Positions 9,954-19,187 of a stretch of DNA of 64,000 nt are shown here, one piece after another (position 1 is the stretch's first letter; each line of letters begins with the position of its first letter). The notes under the pieces are model-generated. The model was not told where the DNA came from. It worked only from the letters and a program-made list of their open reading frames with translations, and searched no databases. The stretch comes from Halotia branconii CENA392 (lineage in GTDB: Bacteria; Cyanobacteriota; Cyanobacteriia; Cyanobacteriales; Nostocaceae). Both the position numbers and the translations under genes were made by a program. The stretch is taken from NCBI RefSeq assembly GCF_029953635.1, contig NZ_CP124543.1, forward strand, positions 535,455-599,454, given 5' to 3'.

Positions 9954-10820
9954 ATGCCAATAAGTATAAGAAAAGATGTAGCTTACATTTTACTCAAAAA
10001 AATTAATGAAACTGGGCAGGGAATGCACGAAGTTGAGTTTAATGAAGCTGATTTATTAGGTAAAAAAATAACACCAGCCGAATTTTTGGGGCATTTAGAT
10101 TACTTAAATCAACAGCACTACATTAATGCTGAATTTACAGGTAATGCCTACGGTAAACAAGAAGATGTTCCTGATTTTATTAATCCGCAAGAGTTTGAGA
10201 TGAGAATCGCCAATACCTATGCGTCACAGGATGGTCCTCTGCCTCACTTGATTACCTTTAAAAAAGCTGAACTCACAGAAAAAGGACGCAAAATCCTAGA
10301 GGAAATGGAAGCTAATCCACCCGAAAGTTTAAAGAAAGGTTCATCGACTCCCATTGCGACGAAAGATATGCCTTTTTTAGAAAAGGTGATGGCCAAGAGT
10401 GGACTACCCGACGTTTATGATGCTAGAGATATCACAGAAGTAACATATCGGGTAATGCGCGATTTAATGACTACAGAAGCCGCCGACCGAGTTGAAAGTG
10501 AACTGCACAAACCAGCCGAGATTACCGATGATAAATCGGTGCAAATGGAAATCGCTGATTTGTGGCATGATACAAATCCAATTGTGGGATTTTTAAGTCG
10601 GGTGCGTCCACCTTGGCAAGGCCCTGGTATTTTTAAAATTGATAGCGATCGCTTTTTATTCAGAGTAGCAAATGAAGGTGGTATGCCACAAAATGTAGAC
10701 CGTGAACAAGTAATCAAAGCGGTATTTTCTGCTACTAAGGATGAATTATCCTCAGAAAGGATTCAAGAAATAGCAAGTTGGTTGCCTGATAAAGTTCGTC
10801 AACTTTGGGAAGAAGCTTAA
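9954..10820 (+). CDS. Hypothetical protein whose C-terminal half is weakly DUF2267-like.
   Basis: It is a clean 288-aa ORF with no recognisable catalytic motif. The C-terminal region is reminiscent of the helical DUF2267 pattern. Confidence 0.4.
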   Translation: MPISIRKDVAYILLKKINETGQGMHEVEFNEADLLGKKITPAEFLGHLDYLNQQHYINAEFTGNAYGKQEDVPDFINPQEFEMRIANTYASQDGPLPHLITFKKAELTEKGRKILEEMEANPPESLKKGSSTPIATKDMPFLEKVMAKSGLPDVYDARDITEVTYRVMRDLMTTEAADRVESELHKPAEITDDKSVQMEIADLWHDTNPIVGFLSRVRPPWQGPGIFKIDSDRFLFRVANEGGMPQNVDREQVIKAVFSATKDELSSERIQEIASWLPDKVRQLWEEA

Positions 10821-10860
10821 ACTAGGCTGAAAGTCGCAGTTAACGGTCTATCAACCAAAA

Positions 10861-10975
10861 ATACTGGGTTGAGGCAGGTAGGAGAAGCAGAGGAAGCAGC
10901 AATTCGGCTTACTTCGGCTTCGCTCAGTACAAGACGCTCAGTGACCGGAAGCAGGGGGAGAAAAGAACTGGATTT
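10861..10975. repeat. Dispersed intergenic repeat with a purine-rich GGAAGCAG module and a CACTGAGCG..CGAAG core.
   Basis: It shares core segments with the copies at 21340-21420, 26788-26860, 33775-33815, 40311-40360 and 53388-53490. Confidence 0.6.
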
Positions 10976-11341
10976 TTTCCCATTAACCCAGCAAATTCAT
11001 CTTGACAGACCACTATATACATCAGACGCGTAGGCGGTCTTTCTTATTTTCTGGAAAGGCTGCCTACATGGATTTTAAACTCTTCCTTCTCTGATAATTA
11101 ATTTATTTTCTTCATGCTAAAGAATGAAATAATTATTTTAATTGATATTATTTTCAAGTCTATAGTTAGATAAAATCAAAATCTATAATTGTTATAATTC
11201 AATTAATTAATATTGTTAAGTATTCTTTTAAAAAAATTAAACTATACCGTTAAGTTTTAAATACTCTGATTTAATTTTAATTAATTGAAATAACTACTAA
11301 ATTCTTAATAAAAAAGCCGAGATATTTCTAGGAGCTAACTA

Positions 11342-12175
11342 ATGAATAATATTTTCTCAAATTTTCGCAAGTATGCCGGGTTATTCGGAGCTATTTGTGG
11401 AGGATTATTAATTAGTGTGCCAGTAATTCCAAAAGCAGCATTGGCACAACAGACTACTTCTAAAGTTAATCCTTGTCCAAGCATTTACTACGAAGAACCA
11501 CATAACAATCAAATTTTAACGCCACGCGGATGTCCTCCTAATGCACTAACTCGAAAGCTAGCTGCTCAAGGAACTCTTCCTATGACTCCCGCACCTGCAC
11601 CAACATCTTCATCACCATATCAAGGAGGAATGAGTGTAGGCGGTGAAGCTCCCCAATCAAGCACTCCTGGGATTAACCCTTGTCCTCGTATTTACTATGA
11701 AGAACCATTCAACAGTAGGAATGTAGTACCTCAAGGATGTCCACCTAATGCTCTTACCCAACAGATGCAACAACAAGGATTTACTCCTGGTGTAGTTGTT
11801 CCCGTGCGTCCAGCGGTTTCTGTACCTCAACCACCACTACCAAGTCAACGACAAACCGCCAGTACTCAGGTTGCATTGGCAGATGGAAAGGTGAGTATTA
11901 GATTAGTGAATGATACTGGGGCTGATGTAACTTACCAAGTAATTGGTGATACGCAATCTCGAATCTTAGAGGGTAAGTCAAATGTGATGTTGCAAGGTTT
12001 AAATGCACCAACAACATTGACACTCTACCGTAAAGATAGAGGATTGCTTCAGGTAATTCCCCAAGCTACTTCAACACCGGGAATGTTAGAAGTTAAATTG
12101 GATGAAACAACCGACCAAAATATGAATCAAGGTAGTGTCAGGGTTCAAGAAGACGGTACAGTATTCGTTAATTAG
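11342..12175 (+). CDS. Secreted hypothetical protein with an internally duplicated Cys motif.
   Basis: It has a signal peptide (LLISVPVIPKAALAQQ). There are two copies of NPCP(S/R)IYYEEP..N....P.GCPPNALT separated by a Pro/Ser-rich linker, followed by a roughly 110-aa C-terminal domain. It is preceded by 250 bp of more than 80% AT DNA. Confidence 0.55.
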   Translation: MNNIFSNFRKYAGLFGAICGGLLISVPVIPKAALAQQTTSKVNPCPSIYYEEPHNNQILTPRGCPPNALTRKLAAQGTLPMTPAPAPTSSSPYQGGMSVGGEAPQSSTPGINPCPRIYYEEPFNSRNVVPQGCPPNALTQQMQQQGFTPGVVVPVRPAVSVPQPPLPSQRQTASTQVALADGKVSIRLVNDTGADVTYQVIGDTQSRILEGKSNVMLQGLNAPTTLTLYRKDRGLLQVIPQATSTPGMLEVKLDETTDQNMNQGSVRVQEDGTVFVN

Positions 12176-12184
12176 GGCTTGCTG

Positions 12185-12375
12185 AAAAAGTCTTATCGTT
12201 GGGATAGGGAACAGGAAACAGGCTGGACAAGAAAGCAGGGGAGCAGGAAAAAATAGGTAATTTTTCTTCATCCCCCTTGCACCCCGCACCCCGAAGTTGC
12301 TCCACTTGGGGAGACACCAAGACCGCACTTCTCTTCTGCCCCAATTCCTCTTTCTTATCCCTCTTGTGTCACTCT
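12185..12375. repeat. Composite intergenic repeat containing GCAGG-type purine-rich units and a 38-bp segment, GGTAATTTTTCTTCATCCCCCTTGCACCCCGCACCC.
   Basis: The 38-bp segment recurs almost identically at 21303-21340. The CCCCAATTCCTCTT segment recurs at 21370. Confidence 0.65.
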
Positions 12376-12558
12376 CGGAAAACAATAATCGAAGCAAGAT
12401 TCTGAAACTTTTATTGAATAAAGCTTTGAGCCTTTATTTTCTAACAGTAACTAAAATTTGTAGCCTAACCCTGAAGATTATAACTCTGAAAGGCTTTTAA
12501 AGATTGGCTTCTCCCAAAGTGACAAAACAGGGTTATACTCAATGCCCTTTTCTATAAA

Positions 12559-13662
12559 CTACTTGACACGCCGCTTCAGCATTTGAGTTAGTCTATCCAC
12601 CAATAGCACTTCTTTTTTGCTATCTTCTAATGTGCGTGACAATACAATCGCTCTTTCATAAAAATTACGGGCAGTTGGGTAATTACCTAGCTGCTCGTAA
12701 ATTTGAGCGTAGGACTCAAAAGATTTCAACTCCTCACGCAGATTTTGTAATTCTTGAGCAAGGATGAGACGCTGTTCTAATAAATCAAAAGTACGTTCAT
12801 AACGACCTACAGCACTATGAGCTATGACTAAACCATCAATTGCTCGTAATTGGTTAGTGCGATCGCGGTTTATTTTAGCAATCCGCATTGCTGCACCATA
12901 ACTACCAATTGTATCTGAATAGTTCCCTGCTGCGAGATAAGCATCACCTAAATTATTTAAGGTATTCGCTTCACCGATGGTATCACCAGTTTGACGGCGG
13001 AAAGTTAAAGCCGTTTCATAAAGCTTAATCGCTTTGTTGTAATCTCCTAGCCTCACTGTTACTAATCCCAAATTACTCAAAGACAGTCCTTCACCTGTAA
13101 TATTTTTGACATTGTGAGCAATTGTTAGTGCTTCTTGGACTGTTTTACCAGCGGCGACAGGTTCTCCTTGTTGTAGTAGTAAAGTAGCAATGTTGTTGAG
13201 GGCAAAAATCTGAGATTGAAAATCTTTAGTATCACGAGCAATACCTAACTGTCGGCGTAATGCATTTTCTCCTTCTTTAAAACGACTCAGTTGGATATAA
13301 GCTCTTGCCAGTAAATTATAGGTTAGTCCTTGGGCTTTAATATCGCCAATTGAGTGGTAAATATCAAGCGCTTGCAAAGAAGAGTCAATTGTTTTATCGG
13401 CATACCCAGAGGCATACTGTTGTTCACCAATTCGTAACAAGCTATCTGCCTTATCTCTAGATTGTCGCCAACTAGAATTACTTAAAGGTTGGTGGAGTTG
13501 TTGGGTGATATCAGCAGCAGATGCTGCTAGGGGATTGAGCAAAGAAGTAAAAAGTAAAAAATAAAAAGTCAGCCGTGCAGCGAGTCCATCACTACGGCGA
13601 GGATTTACTAAGTATTCTGTACGAAGGATGAGAGCTAATGACAATAAATGCCGTTGTTTCAT
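12559..13662 (-). CDS. Secreted TPR-repeat protein.
   Basis: It has an N-terminal hydrophobic signal and multiple 34-aa TPR-like units (A..Y..LG.AY...G.Y..A). It is encoded directly downstream of a sigma-like gene on the same strand. Confidence 0.7.
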   Translation of the reverse strand: MKQRHLLSLALILRTEYLVNPRRSDGLAARLTFYFLLFTSLLNPLAASAADITQQLHQPLSNSSWRQSRDKADSLLRIGEQQYASGYADKTIDSSLQALDIYHSIGDIKAQGLTYNLLARAYIQLSRFKEGENALRRQLGIARDTKDFQSQIFALNNIATLLLQQGEPVAAGKTVQEALTIAHNVKNITGEGLSLSNLGLVTVRLGDYNKAIKLYETALTFRRQTGDTIGEANTLNNLGDAYLAAGNYSDTIGSYGAAMRIAKINRDRTNQLRAIDGLVIAHSAVGRYERTFDLLEQRLILAQELQNLREELKSFESYAQIYEQLGNYPTARNFYERAIVLSRTLEDSKKEVLLVDRLTQMLKRRVK

Positions 13663-13761
13663 AAAAATTAACCCGTGAAATTTCGGCTTTAATTAGAAGG
13701 TTTAAGAAGAAGTTTTATTTTTTCGTAATTATCGCTACATTTATACGTGTATATACTTGAA

Positions 13762-14391
13762 CTAAGATTGGACTAAATCTTCGTCCAAGTAGATGGTGCG
13801 GATATCTGTAGGTAATTTGTCCTCTAGCATACGATAGCCTTCTTGAAGAAAATTGGCTACTTCGGGAGGCGATATTTTTTCTCCTTCAGCTTGGAGATAG
13901 GCAGCGATTCTAGTCTCGCTCCAATGAAAAGTCTGAGCCATTAAGACCATCAATCGCAAAATTGGTGGTAATTGGTCTAATGCCTTTTCGACGTAGCACC
14001 ATAATGGCGGCGAAGTTGCTTGTAGAGAATAATGAATTGCTTCTGTGGGAGGTACTTGAAGCTCATTGATACAGAAAGCTGTAATGTTAATTAGCCAATT
14101 TTGTAGAGTTAAAGCTTCCTGTCCTGATTGGGGTTCAGTTAAATTGAGTCCACCGAGTTCGTAATAGATATGCCGCCAAGTCAGGGTAAACAGATAATCG
14201 GCTTGCACAGGCGATCGCGCTGAATGCTGAATTAAGGTGTAGACTATAGGGCTGTAGCGGCAAAAAATCACCGTAAAGTACCTCCCAGCATCTGGATTGC
14301 TTTGAAACAAATCCAGCAGTTCTTGGTCACTGTGATGGAACAGCGACTTAACTAGTGGGTGATTAGCTTCCGGAAAATGAGGAATTTGCAT
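13762..14391 (-). CDS. Divergent sigma-70 family (ECF-like) protein.
   Basis: Residues DAGRYFTVIFCRYSPIVYTLIQHSARSPVQADYLFTLTWRHIYYEL align to ECF region 2 (D..AF..L..RY...L.....R......DAEDL.QETFLRAWRAL). However, the acidic DAEDL patch is replaced. The C-terminal LPPILRLMVLMAQTFHWSETRIAAYLQAEGEKISPPEVANFLQEGYRMLEDKL aligns to region 4 (the HTH). Confidence 0.45.
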   Translation of the reverse strand: MQIPHFPEANHPLVKSLFHHSDQELLDLFQSNPDAGRYFTVIFCRYSPIVYTLIQHSARSPVQADYLFTLTWRHIYYELGGLNLTEPQSGQEALTLQNWLINITAFCINELQVPPTEAIHYSLQATSPPLWCYVEKALDQLPPILRLMVLMAQTFHWSETRIAAYLQAEGEKISPPEVANFLQEGYRMLEDKLPTDIRTIYLDEDLVQS

Positions 14392-14584
14392 AAAACCATT
14401 CGGTTGATAGTGGTTAAAATAATATTGGAAATGGTAGTCTTGTAGCTCACCCAGTTTATATTGGGTGTGCTGATGATCATTGCTAAGATTCAGACTACTT
14501 TAGTATTGATAAACTAGAAACAAAGACTTAATTTTTAGTCTTTATCGACAATAATAAAAGCGGCTCCTTTATACAATCTTTAAT

Positions 14585-15187
14585 TTGTTCATGGTTATAG
14601 CAGTCAGTGCAATGAATATTCTGCTCGCTCCCTTGACTTTAGGTTCTTTTTTGCCTTCTCTGCCCTTGGATAGTCTATTTTCTACTCAAGGCATTATGGT
14701 GATGCTGCTAGCAGCTTATGCAGGTGCTATGTGGATGTTTCTCACCAGCGCCCCCAAAGTACACACAGTTATGGTGTCTGATTTAGAGATTGCACGACAG
14801 TTGTATGAAGGGCTGCTAGACTTGCCAGCAGCTGAAGTGCCTCTGCACTACTACTACAACTACGAACAAACTATGGGCGCAACCGGGATCGATCCATTGT
14901 ATATATCCACTAGTCCTAGTTTGTCTGGCAGGATGATGAATAATGCCAATGAAGGATTGTGGTATCAAATGAAAAAAAATACTCAGCTACATGTCATTAC
15001 TGGAGCGAGTTTAGGCAGCAAAAATCAGCAACGTCACGTTTGTTTTGACCGCGACTGCCTAGACATGATTTTAATGCGAGTAGAAATGCGCGGTTTAAAA
15101 TTTAAGATTCGCAACCAGAAGCCCCTAAATTTTCTAGTTAAAGATTACGAAGGGCGCATTATTGAAGTAGCTGAAGTAGCGAATTAG
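14585..15187 (+). CDS. VOC (glyoxalase/bleomycin-resistance/dioxygenase) family protein with an N-terminal membrane anchor.
   Basis: HTVMVSDLEIARQLYEGLL matches the VOC beta-alpha-beta-beta-beta N-terminal motif (H..L.V.DLE.S..FY...LGF). There are two hydrophobic segments at the N-terminus. Confidence 0.5.
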   Translation: MFMVIAVSAMNILLAPLTLGSFLPSLPLDSLFSTQGIMVMLLAAYAGAMWMFLTSAPKVHTVMVSDLEIARQLYEGLLDLPAAEVPLHYYYNYEQTMGATGIDPLYISTSPSLSGRMMNNANEGLWYQMKKNTQLHVITGASLGSKNQQRHVCFDRDCLDMILMRVEMRGLKFKIRNQKPLNFLVKDYEGRIIEVAEVAN

Positions 15188-15322
15188 TTATAACAGGGAA
15201 CAAGGAATAGGCTTGAAAGTCTCTTGGTATCAGGGTTTTATGATCAGCTTATGTCCTAAACTATTTGGCAACAACTATATTGGTCATTTGTATAAATATA
15301 GATCCAAGTCAATGCTCAGTCA

Positions 15323-15354
15323 GATTCCCGACTTTTTCAAAAAAGTCGGGAATC
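15323..15354. terminator. Bidirectional hairpin between the convergent VOC gene and lysS.
   Basis: A perfect 15-bp inverted repeat, GATTCCCGACTTTTT / AAAAAGTCGGGAATC, with a 2-nt loop. It is followed on the plus strand by a T-rich stretch. Confidence 0.5.
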
Positions 15355-15385
15355 TTGTACTTCACGATCTTTTCTACTTATTTCA

Positions 15386-17071
15386 TCAACTCAGTTGTTC
15401 AAATTTAAATTTACCTTTTATAAATTTGTTAAAGTATTGACCTGTAGATGATGCATTGTCTAAGTCTTCTTTGATATTAGGAGGTACTTTGAAATACTCA
15501 TAAACACTGCCACTATCAAATTCAATAGTTAGTATTTGAGTTTTGGCAACATAGCTAAATTGCTTAATAAAGCTACCTTCAGGTTTGAGCAGAGGAAAGG
15601 CGATCGCATCGCGAATACTGGCACAATCAGTTAATAACATTACTAACCTGTCAATCCCAATTCCTAAACCACCTGTGGGTGGCATTCCATATTCAAGAGC
15701 TGTCAAAAAGTCCTCATCTACACCTTGGGCTTCTAAATCACCAGCTGCTTTTCTTTGCGCTTGTGCTTCTAAACGTTCTCTTTGGTCAATGGGGTCTGTT
15801 AATTCTGAGAAGCTATTAGCAGTTTCCCGCCCAACGATAAATAACTCAAATCTTTCTACCAAGCCAGCTTGAGAACGGTGTGGTTTTGCTAAAGGCGAAA
15901 TTTCCACCGGATAATCAATTACAAAGGTAGGCTGAATTAAGTTTGTTTCTACCTTCTCTTCAAAAGCTAAATTTAGTAGTTTACCAATAGATTGGCATTC
16001 CTCTACACCAGGAATAGCAGCATTTTTACTAGCTGTTTTTGCTTCTTCCAAGGTGGGGAACGAATTGAAATCTAAGCCAGTAAATTCTTTAACTACATCG
16101 TGCATTGTTACCCGTCGCCAAGGCAAAGTTAAATCTATAGATTCTCCTTGGTAGGTAATTTGCAAGGTTTCAAGCACCTCTTGGGCGACAGTGGTAATAA
16201 TCCCTTCCGTCAGCGCCATCATGTCGTTATAGTCGGCGTAGGCTTGGTAAACTTCTATGGAAGTAAATTCAGGGTTATGTCGCGTCGAAATTCCCTCATT
16301 GCGGAAAATTCGCCCTAATTCAAACACCTTTTCAAAACCACCCACAATCAACCGCTTGAGATGGAGTTCTGTAGCAATTCGCAGATACAAGTCCATTTCT
16401 AAAGTGTTGTGGTGAGTGACGAAAGGACGTGCATCTGCCCCCCCAGCTTCACTTTGCAGAACAGGCGTTTCAATTTCTAGAAAATCTCGTTGTTCTAAAT
16501 AGCGACGAATACCCGCAGTAATTTGGGCGCGGTGGCGGAAAGTTTGCCGCACTTCTGGGTTAACAATCAAGTCAACATAACGCTGACGATAGCGTTTGGC
16601 AACATCAGTTAACCCATGCCACTTATCGGGTAAAGGTAAGAGGGATTTGGTAAGGATGGTATATTGTTTAACATAAACAGATAACTCGCCCTTTTCAGTC
16701 CGTTTAATAGTGCCTTTGACTCCTAGAATGTCACCTGCATCTGTGAGTTGTTTCAAGTGATTAAAGGCATCAGCATCAATATCTGCCATGCTTTCTTGGA
16801 TGCGATTTTTATCCAGATAAAGCTGAATTGTGCCGGTTTCATCTTGCAATGTGAAGAAAGCCAACTTACCGAAAACGCGACGTGCCATAATGCGTCCAGC
16901 AATGGCAACTTCTAAATCAACTTCTTCACCGTTGGGCAAATCGGCAAATTTTTCTTGCAATTGCGCTGCGTGATGGGTTGATTGCCAACGATAGGCATAG
17001 GGATTAGTTCCTAGCTGCTTTAGTTGATCTACTTTTTCTAATCTGGCGGCACGAATATCTTCTTCCGACAT
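15386..17071 (-). CDS. lysS: Lysyl-tRNA synthetase, class II, with a C-terminal KTSC domain.
   Basis: It has an OB-fold anticodon-binding N-terminus ([27 protein letters not shown]) and class II motifs. The C-terminal roughly 70-aa KTSC-type extension ([33 protein letters not shown]) is typical of cyanobacterial LysS. Confidence 0.95.
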   Translation of the reverse strand: MSEEDIRAARLEKVDQLKQLGTNPYAYRWQSTHHAAQLQEKFADLPNGEEVDLEVAIAGRIMARRVFGKLAFFTLQDETGTIQLYLDKNRIQESMADIDADAFNHLKQLTDAGDILGVKGTIKRTEKGELSVYVKQYTILTKSLLPLPDKWHGLTDVAKRYRQRYVDLIVNPEVRQTFRHRAQITAGIRRYLEQRDFLEIETPVLQSEAGGADARPFVTHHNTLEMDLYLRIATELHLKRLIVGGFEKVFELGRIFRNEGISTRHNPEFTSIEVYQAYADYNDMMALTEGIITTVAQEVLETLQITYQGESIDLTLPWRRVTMHDVVKEFTGLDFNSFPTLEEAKTASKNAAIPGVEECQSIGKLLNLAFEEKVETNLIQPTFVIDYPVEISPLAKPHRSQAGLVERFELFIVGRETANSFSELTDPIDQRERLEAQAQRKAAGDLEAQGVDEDFLTALEYGMPPTGGLGIGIDRLVMLLTDCASIRDAIAFPLLKPEGSFIKQFSYVAKTQILTIEFDSGSVYEYFKVPPNIKEDLDNASSTGQYFNKFIKGKFKFEQLS

Positions 17072-17343
17072 GGTAACGAACTCTCAAAGGGCAAGATTAA
17101 TTATAGATGCTGGAAAAGTAGTCAACACTAATCACGGATTGATAAGGATTGCAAGATGTGACTTTACCCATAACTTTGCCGCCAATAACTCTATAACCCT
17201 CATTCTTGCGTCAGCTAATTTTGGATGAAATTGACCGTTTGGAACCGTAACTTTGCCGCTAGTCCAAATTGGATGGTTATGTTGTCTATATTGCTTTGTC
17301 CAGTATTTGTCCTATCCTTCACGAACTAAAGTTTATAGTCTGT

Positions 17344-17575
17344 TTAAAACTTTGGTTCTTTTTGCTGCTGGCGTTTTTCGATTTCGTCGTAGATGGAAAG
17401 CAGGCGATCGCACTTCTCTACAATCCGTTTTTGTTCAGTAGTTGGTGGTAATGGAAAAATTGCTCTACGTCCATCTTCTGTACCCAACCTTGGTAAATTT
17501 ATACCGTCTTCATTGCGTATCTGGATACCTAGTAATGTTGCCAAGGCATTATATCCGTAAGGATGGGAATATCAG
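17344..17575 (-). pseudogene. 3' remnant of a type I restriction-modification specificity subunit (hsdS).
   Basis: ..AIFPLPPTTEQKRIVEKCDRLLSIYDEIE matches the conserved HsdS C-terminal coiled-coil motif (LPPL.EQ..IV..L..L...L). The frame opens directly after an in-frame stop with no upstream target-recognition domain, and the track's start is a TTG. The surrounding 17250-17960 contains only broken ORFs. Confidence 0.5.
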
Positions 17576-17963
17576 CACTTATGAGCTTTCTGTGTTCTTC
17601 GCTGTATTTGTGATGTTACAGTTCTAGAATTTGTTTAATGCTCGATGCTTGGGGTTGAAACAGTCTGCTTTTAAAGGTTTGTCTAATAACAAAGGATTCG
17701 TGGCGATCGCTATCACTATTTTGGTAGGTTCAACTTATCCTGATCAAATTTCCAATTTGGCAGCAACTGATTCATCAAACCTACAAAGTGATCACCGCGA
17801 TAACGTTCTCAAGACCGTTTAAGTCCCGACTTTGAAGTTTTTCAATATTGCACAGAGCTAATAACATACGGTGCAAAGAAACTTTGCTTATGTATTCGCT
17901 AAGGATATGAAGATATAGCACATATCAGGAACTCGCAAATTAACTTGCTTGCGATAGGTAATT

Positions 17964-18131
17964 TTATTGCGGTGGATTTTGTTGCTTCTCCCGCTCCTCA
18001 ACCGCTTTACTCACAATCCGAACCACGAGATTACTGATGGGACGGTCTTCTTCCTGCGCCCATCTTACCAAAGCCTCATGGATATCTTTGGGGAAATATA
18101 TAGAAGTTTGTACGCGATCGCTCTGGCTCAT
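17964..18131 (-). CDS. Ribbon-helix-helix (CopG/Arc/MetJ-like) DNA-binding protein of 55 aa, missing from the ORF track.
   Basis: Manual translation of the minus strand gives MSQSDRVQTSIYFPKDIHEALVRWAQEEDRPISNLVVRIVSKAVEEREKQQNPPQ. It starts with ATG. The beta-strand followed by two helices (SIYFP.D....L..WA.....P.S.LV...V) is the classic RHH antitoxin/repressor fold. A palindrome, GCAATGTTTTATGCTAATGTTAAAAACATTGC, lies 60-105 bp upstream. Confidence 0.55.
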   Translation of the reverse strand: MSQSDRVQTSIYFPKDIHEALVRWAQEEDRPISNLVVRIVSKAVEEREKQQNPPQ

Positions 18132-18743
18132 CAACACTTAAAGGATTTATCGCCAGTTAATCATACCCCAGCATCAGCTACTGAATCTCAACAATGTTTA
18201 GCAATGTTTTATGCTAATGTTAAAAACATTGCCATACTTTTTAAAAACGTGTGACAGATTGGTATACAGTTTTTGTCTTAGAAGTCGATGCCATTAGCGA
18301 CTTGAGCCATGTTAATGACTGGGCTTGCATTGATTGTGGCTAACTCCGCAAATTGGCAAAGTTGCCAGCAGATTTTCTGATACTGCAAGATGATCGAAAT
18401 TTTTATATGGCGATCGCGTCAAGTGGCAGCAGTACTGAAGAACCTTAAGTTTTAACTACACGAGCTAAGAAATTATTGATTTTCAGGAGAAGTTGGCCTT
18501 ATGACTCTCAGTTGGTGGTGGGTTGAAAGCTCAACTTCCTATGTGCATATTGCCGATGGCTGGTGTGGGTTTCAACAACCCTCTCAGCCGATGGTGGGTT
18601 GAAAGATTTGTACAACTATCTTCTCAGCAATCTCACTTTTACAGCCTTCTATCGTAAAATTATTCATTATGGTGGTTTGAAAGAAGCGCTTCAATGGCAT
18701 CTTGCCAGAGATGTGCTGTATTTATAATAATTTAATATACAAA

Positions 18744-18816
18744 TGGAGCTAAGCGGATTCGAACCGCTGACCCCCTCAATGCCATTGAGGTGCTCTACCA
18801 ACTGAGCTATAACCCC
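18744..18816 (-). tRNA. tRNA-Ala (anticodon GGC).
   Basis: The sequence folds into a cloverleaf. The acceptor is GGGGTTA/TAGCTCC with a G3:U70 Ala identity pair. The D-arm is GCTC/GAGC. The anticodon stem is CCTCA/TGAGG with the loop ATGGCAT. The T-arm is AGCGG-TTCGAAT-CCGCT. The discriminator is A and no CCA is encoded. Confidence 0.85.
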
Positions 18817-18890
18817 TTACAATGCGTTATTTATATTGCCTTAGCTGTTAATGCTTTGTCAAGTTTTTGCTCTAAACCCAACATCATTGT

Positions 18891-19082
18891 TTAAGAAACT
18901 TGCAACAAATAGGTCATACAGTGACCCATCAAAAAGTAAACTACTAGCATGGCAGCAGCAGCTAGAGCTACCAATGTGCCAGCCAGCATCATAGAAAATT
19001 CTTTGTTCTCAACGGCTTTTTCCATCAGGTGCAGTGACCATGCCACCAGCGCCACATCAAATAATAAAATAGGAATCAACAT
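18891..19082 (-). CDS. Small hydrophobic membrane protein of 63 aa, hypothetical.
   Basis: Two predicted TM helices. There is no homology cue and it could be spurious. Confidence 0.35.
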   Translation of the reverse strand: MLIPILLFDVALVAWSLHLMEKAVENKEFSMMLAGTLVALAAAAMLVVYFLMGHCMTYLLQVS

Positions 19083-19187
19083 ATTTCTTAATATTTATTA
19101 ATACTTGTACACCAATGTTAACACCCTTTTGGAGAACTGTATCTAACTTACGATAGATGTGATTAGTTTTCGATGATGTCTATCTAA

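Noticed and set aside
12086-12500. ORFs 12086-12397 (-) and 12297-12500 (+).
   Set aside because: They lie entirely within the composite intergenic repeat. They are low-complexity translations with no start or RBS context.
15213-15440. 75-aa plus-strand ORF between the VOC gene and lysS.
   Set aside because: It spans the 15-bp bidirectional terminator hairpin and overlaps the 3' end of lysS. It has no coding-like composition.
17967-18254. 95-aa plus-strand ORF listed in the track.
   Set aside because: The opposite strand encodes a well-formed RHH protein with an ATG start and an upstream palindrome. The plus-strand product is Leu/His-rich with no motif.
18501-18602. A Trp-operon-style attenuator leader (three tandem Trp codons after a strong Shine-Dalgarno).
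   Set aside because: There are no tryptophan biosynthesis genes, and indeed no plus-strand genes at all, for 1.5 kb downstream. Cyanobacteria are not known to use trp attenuation.
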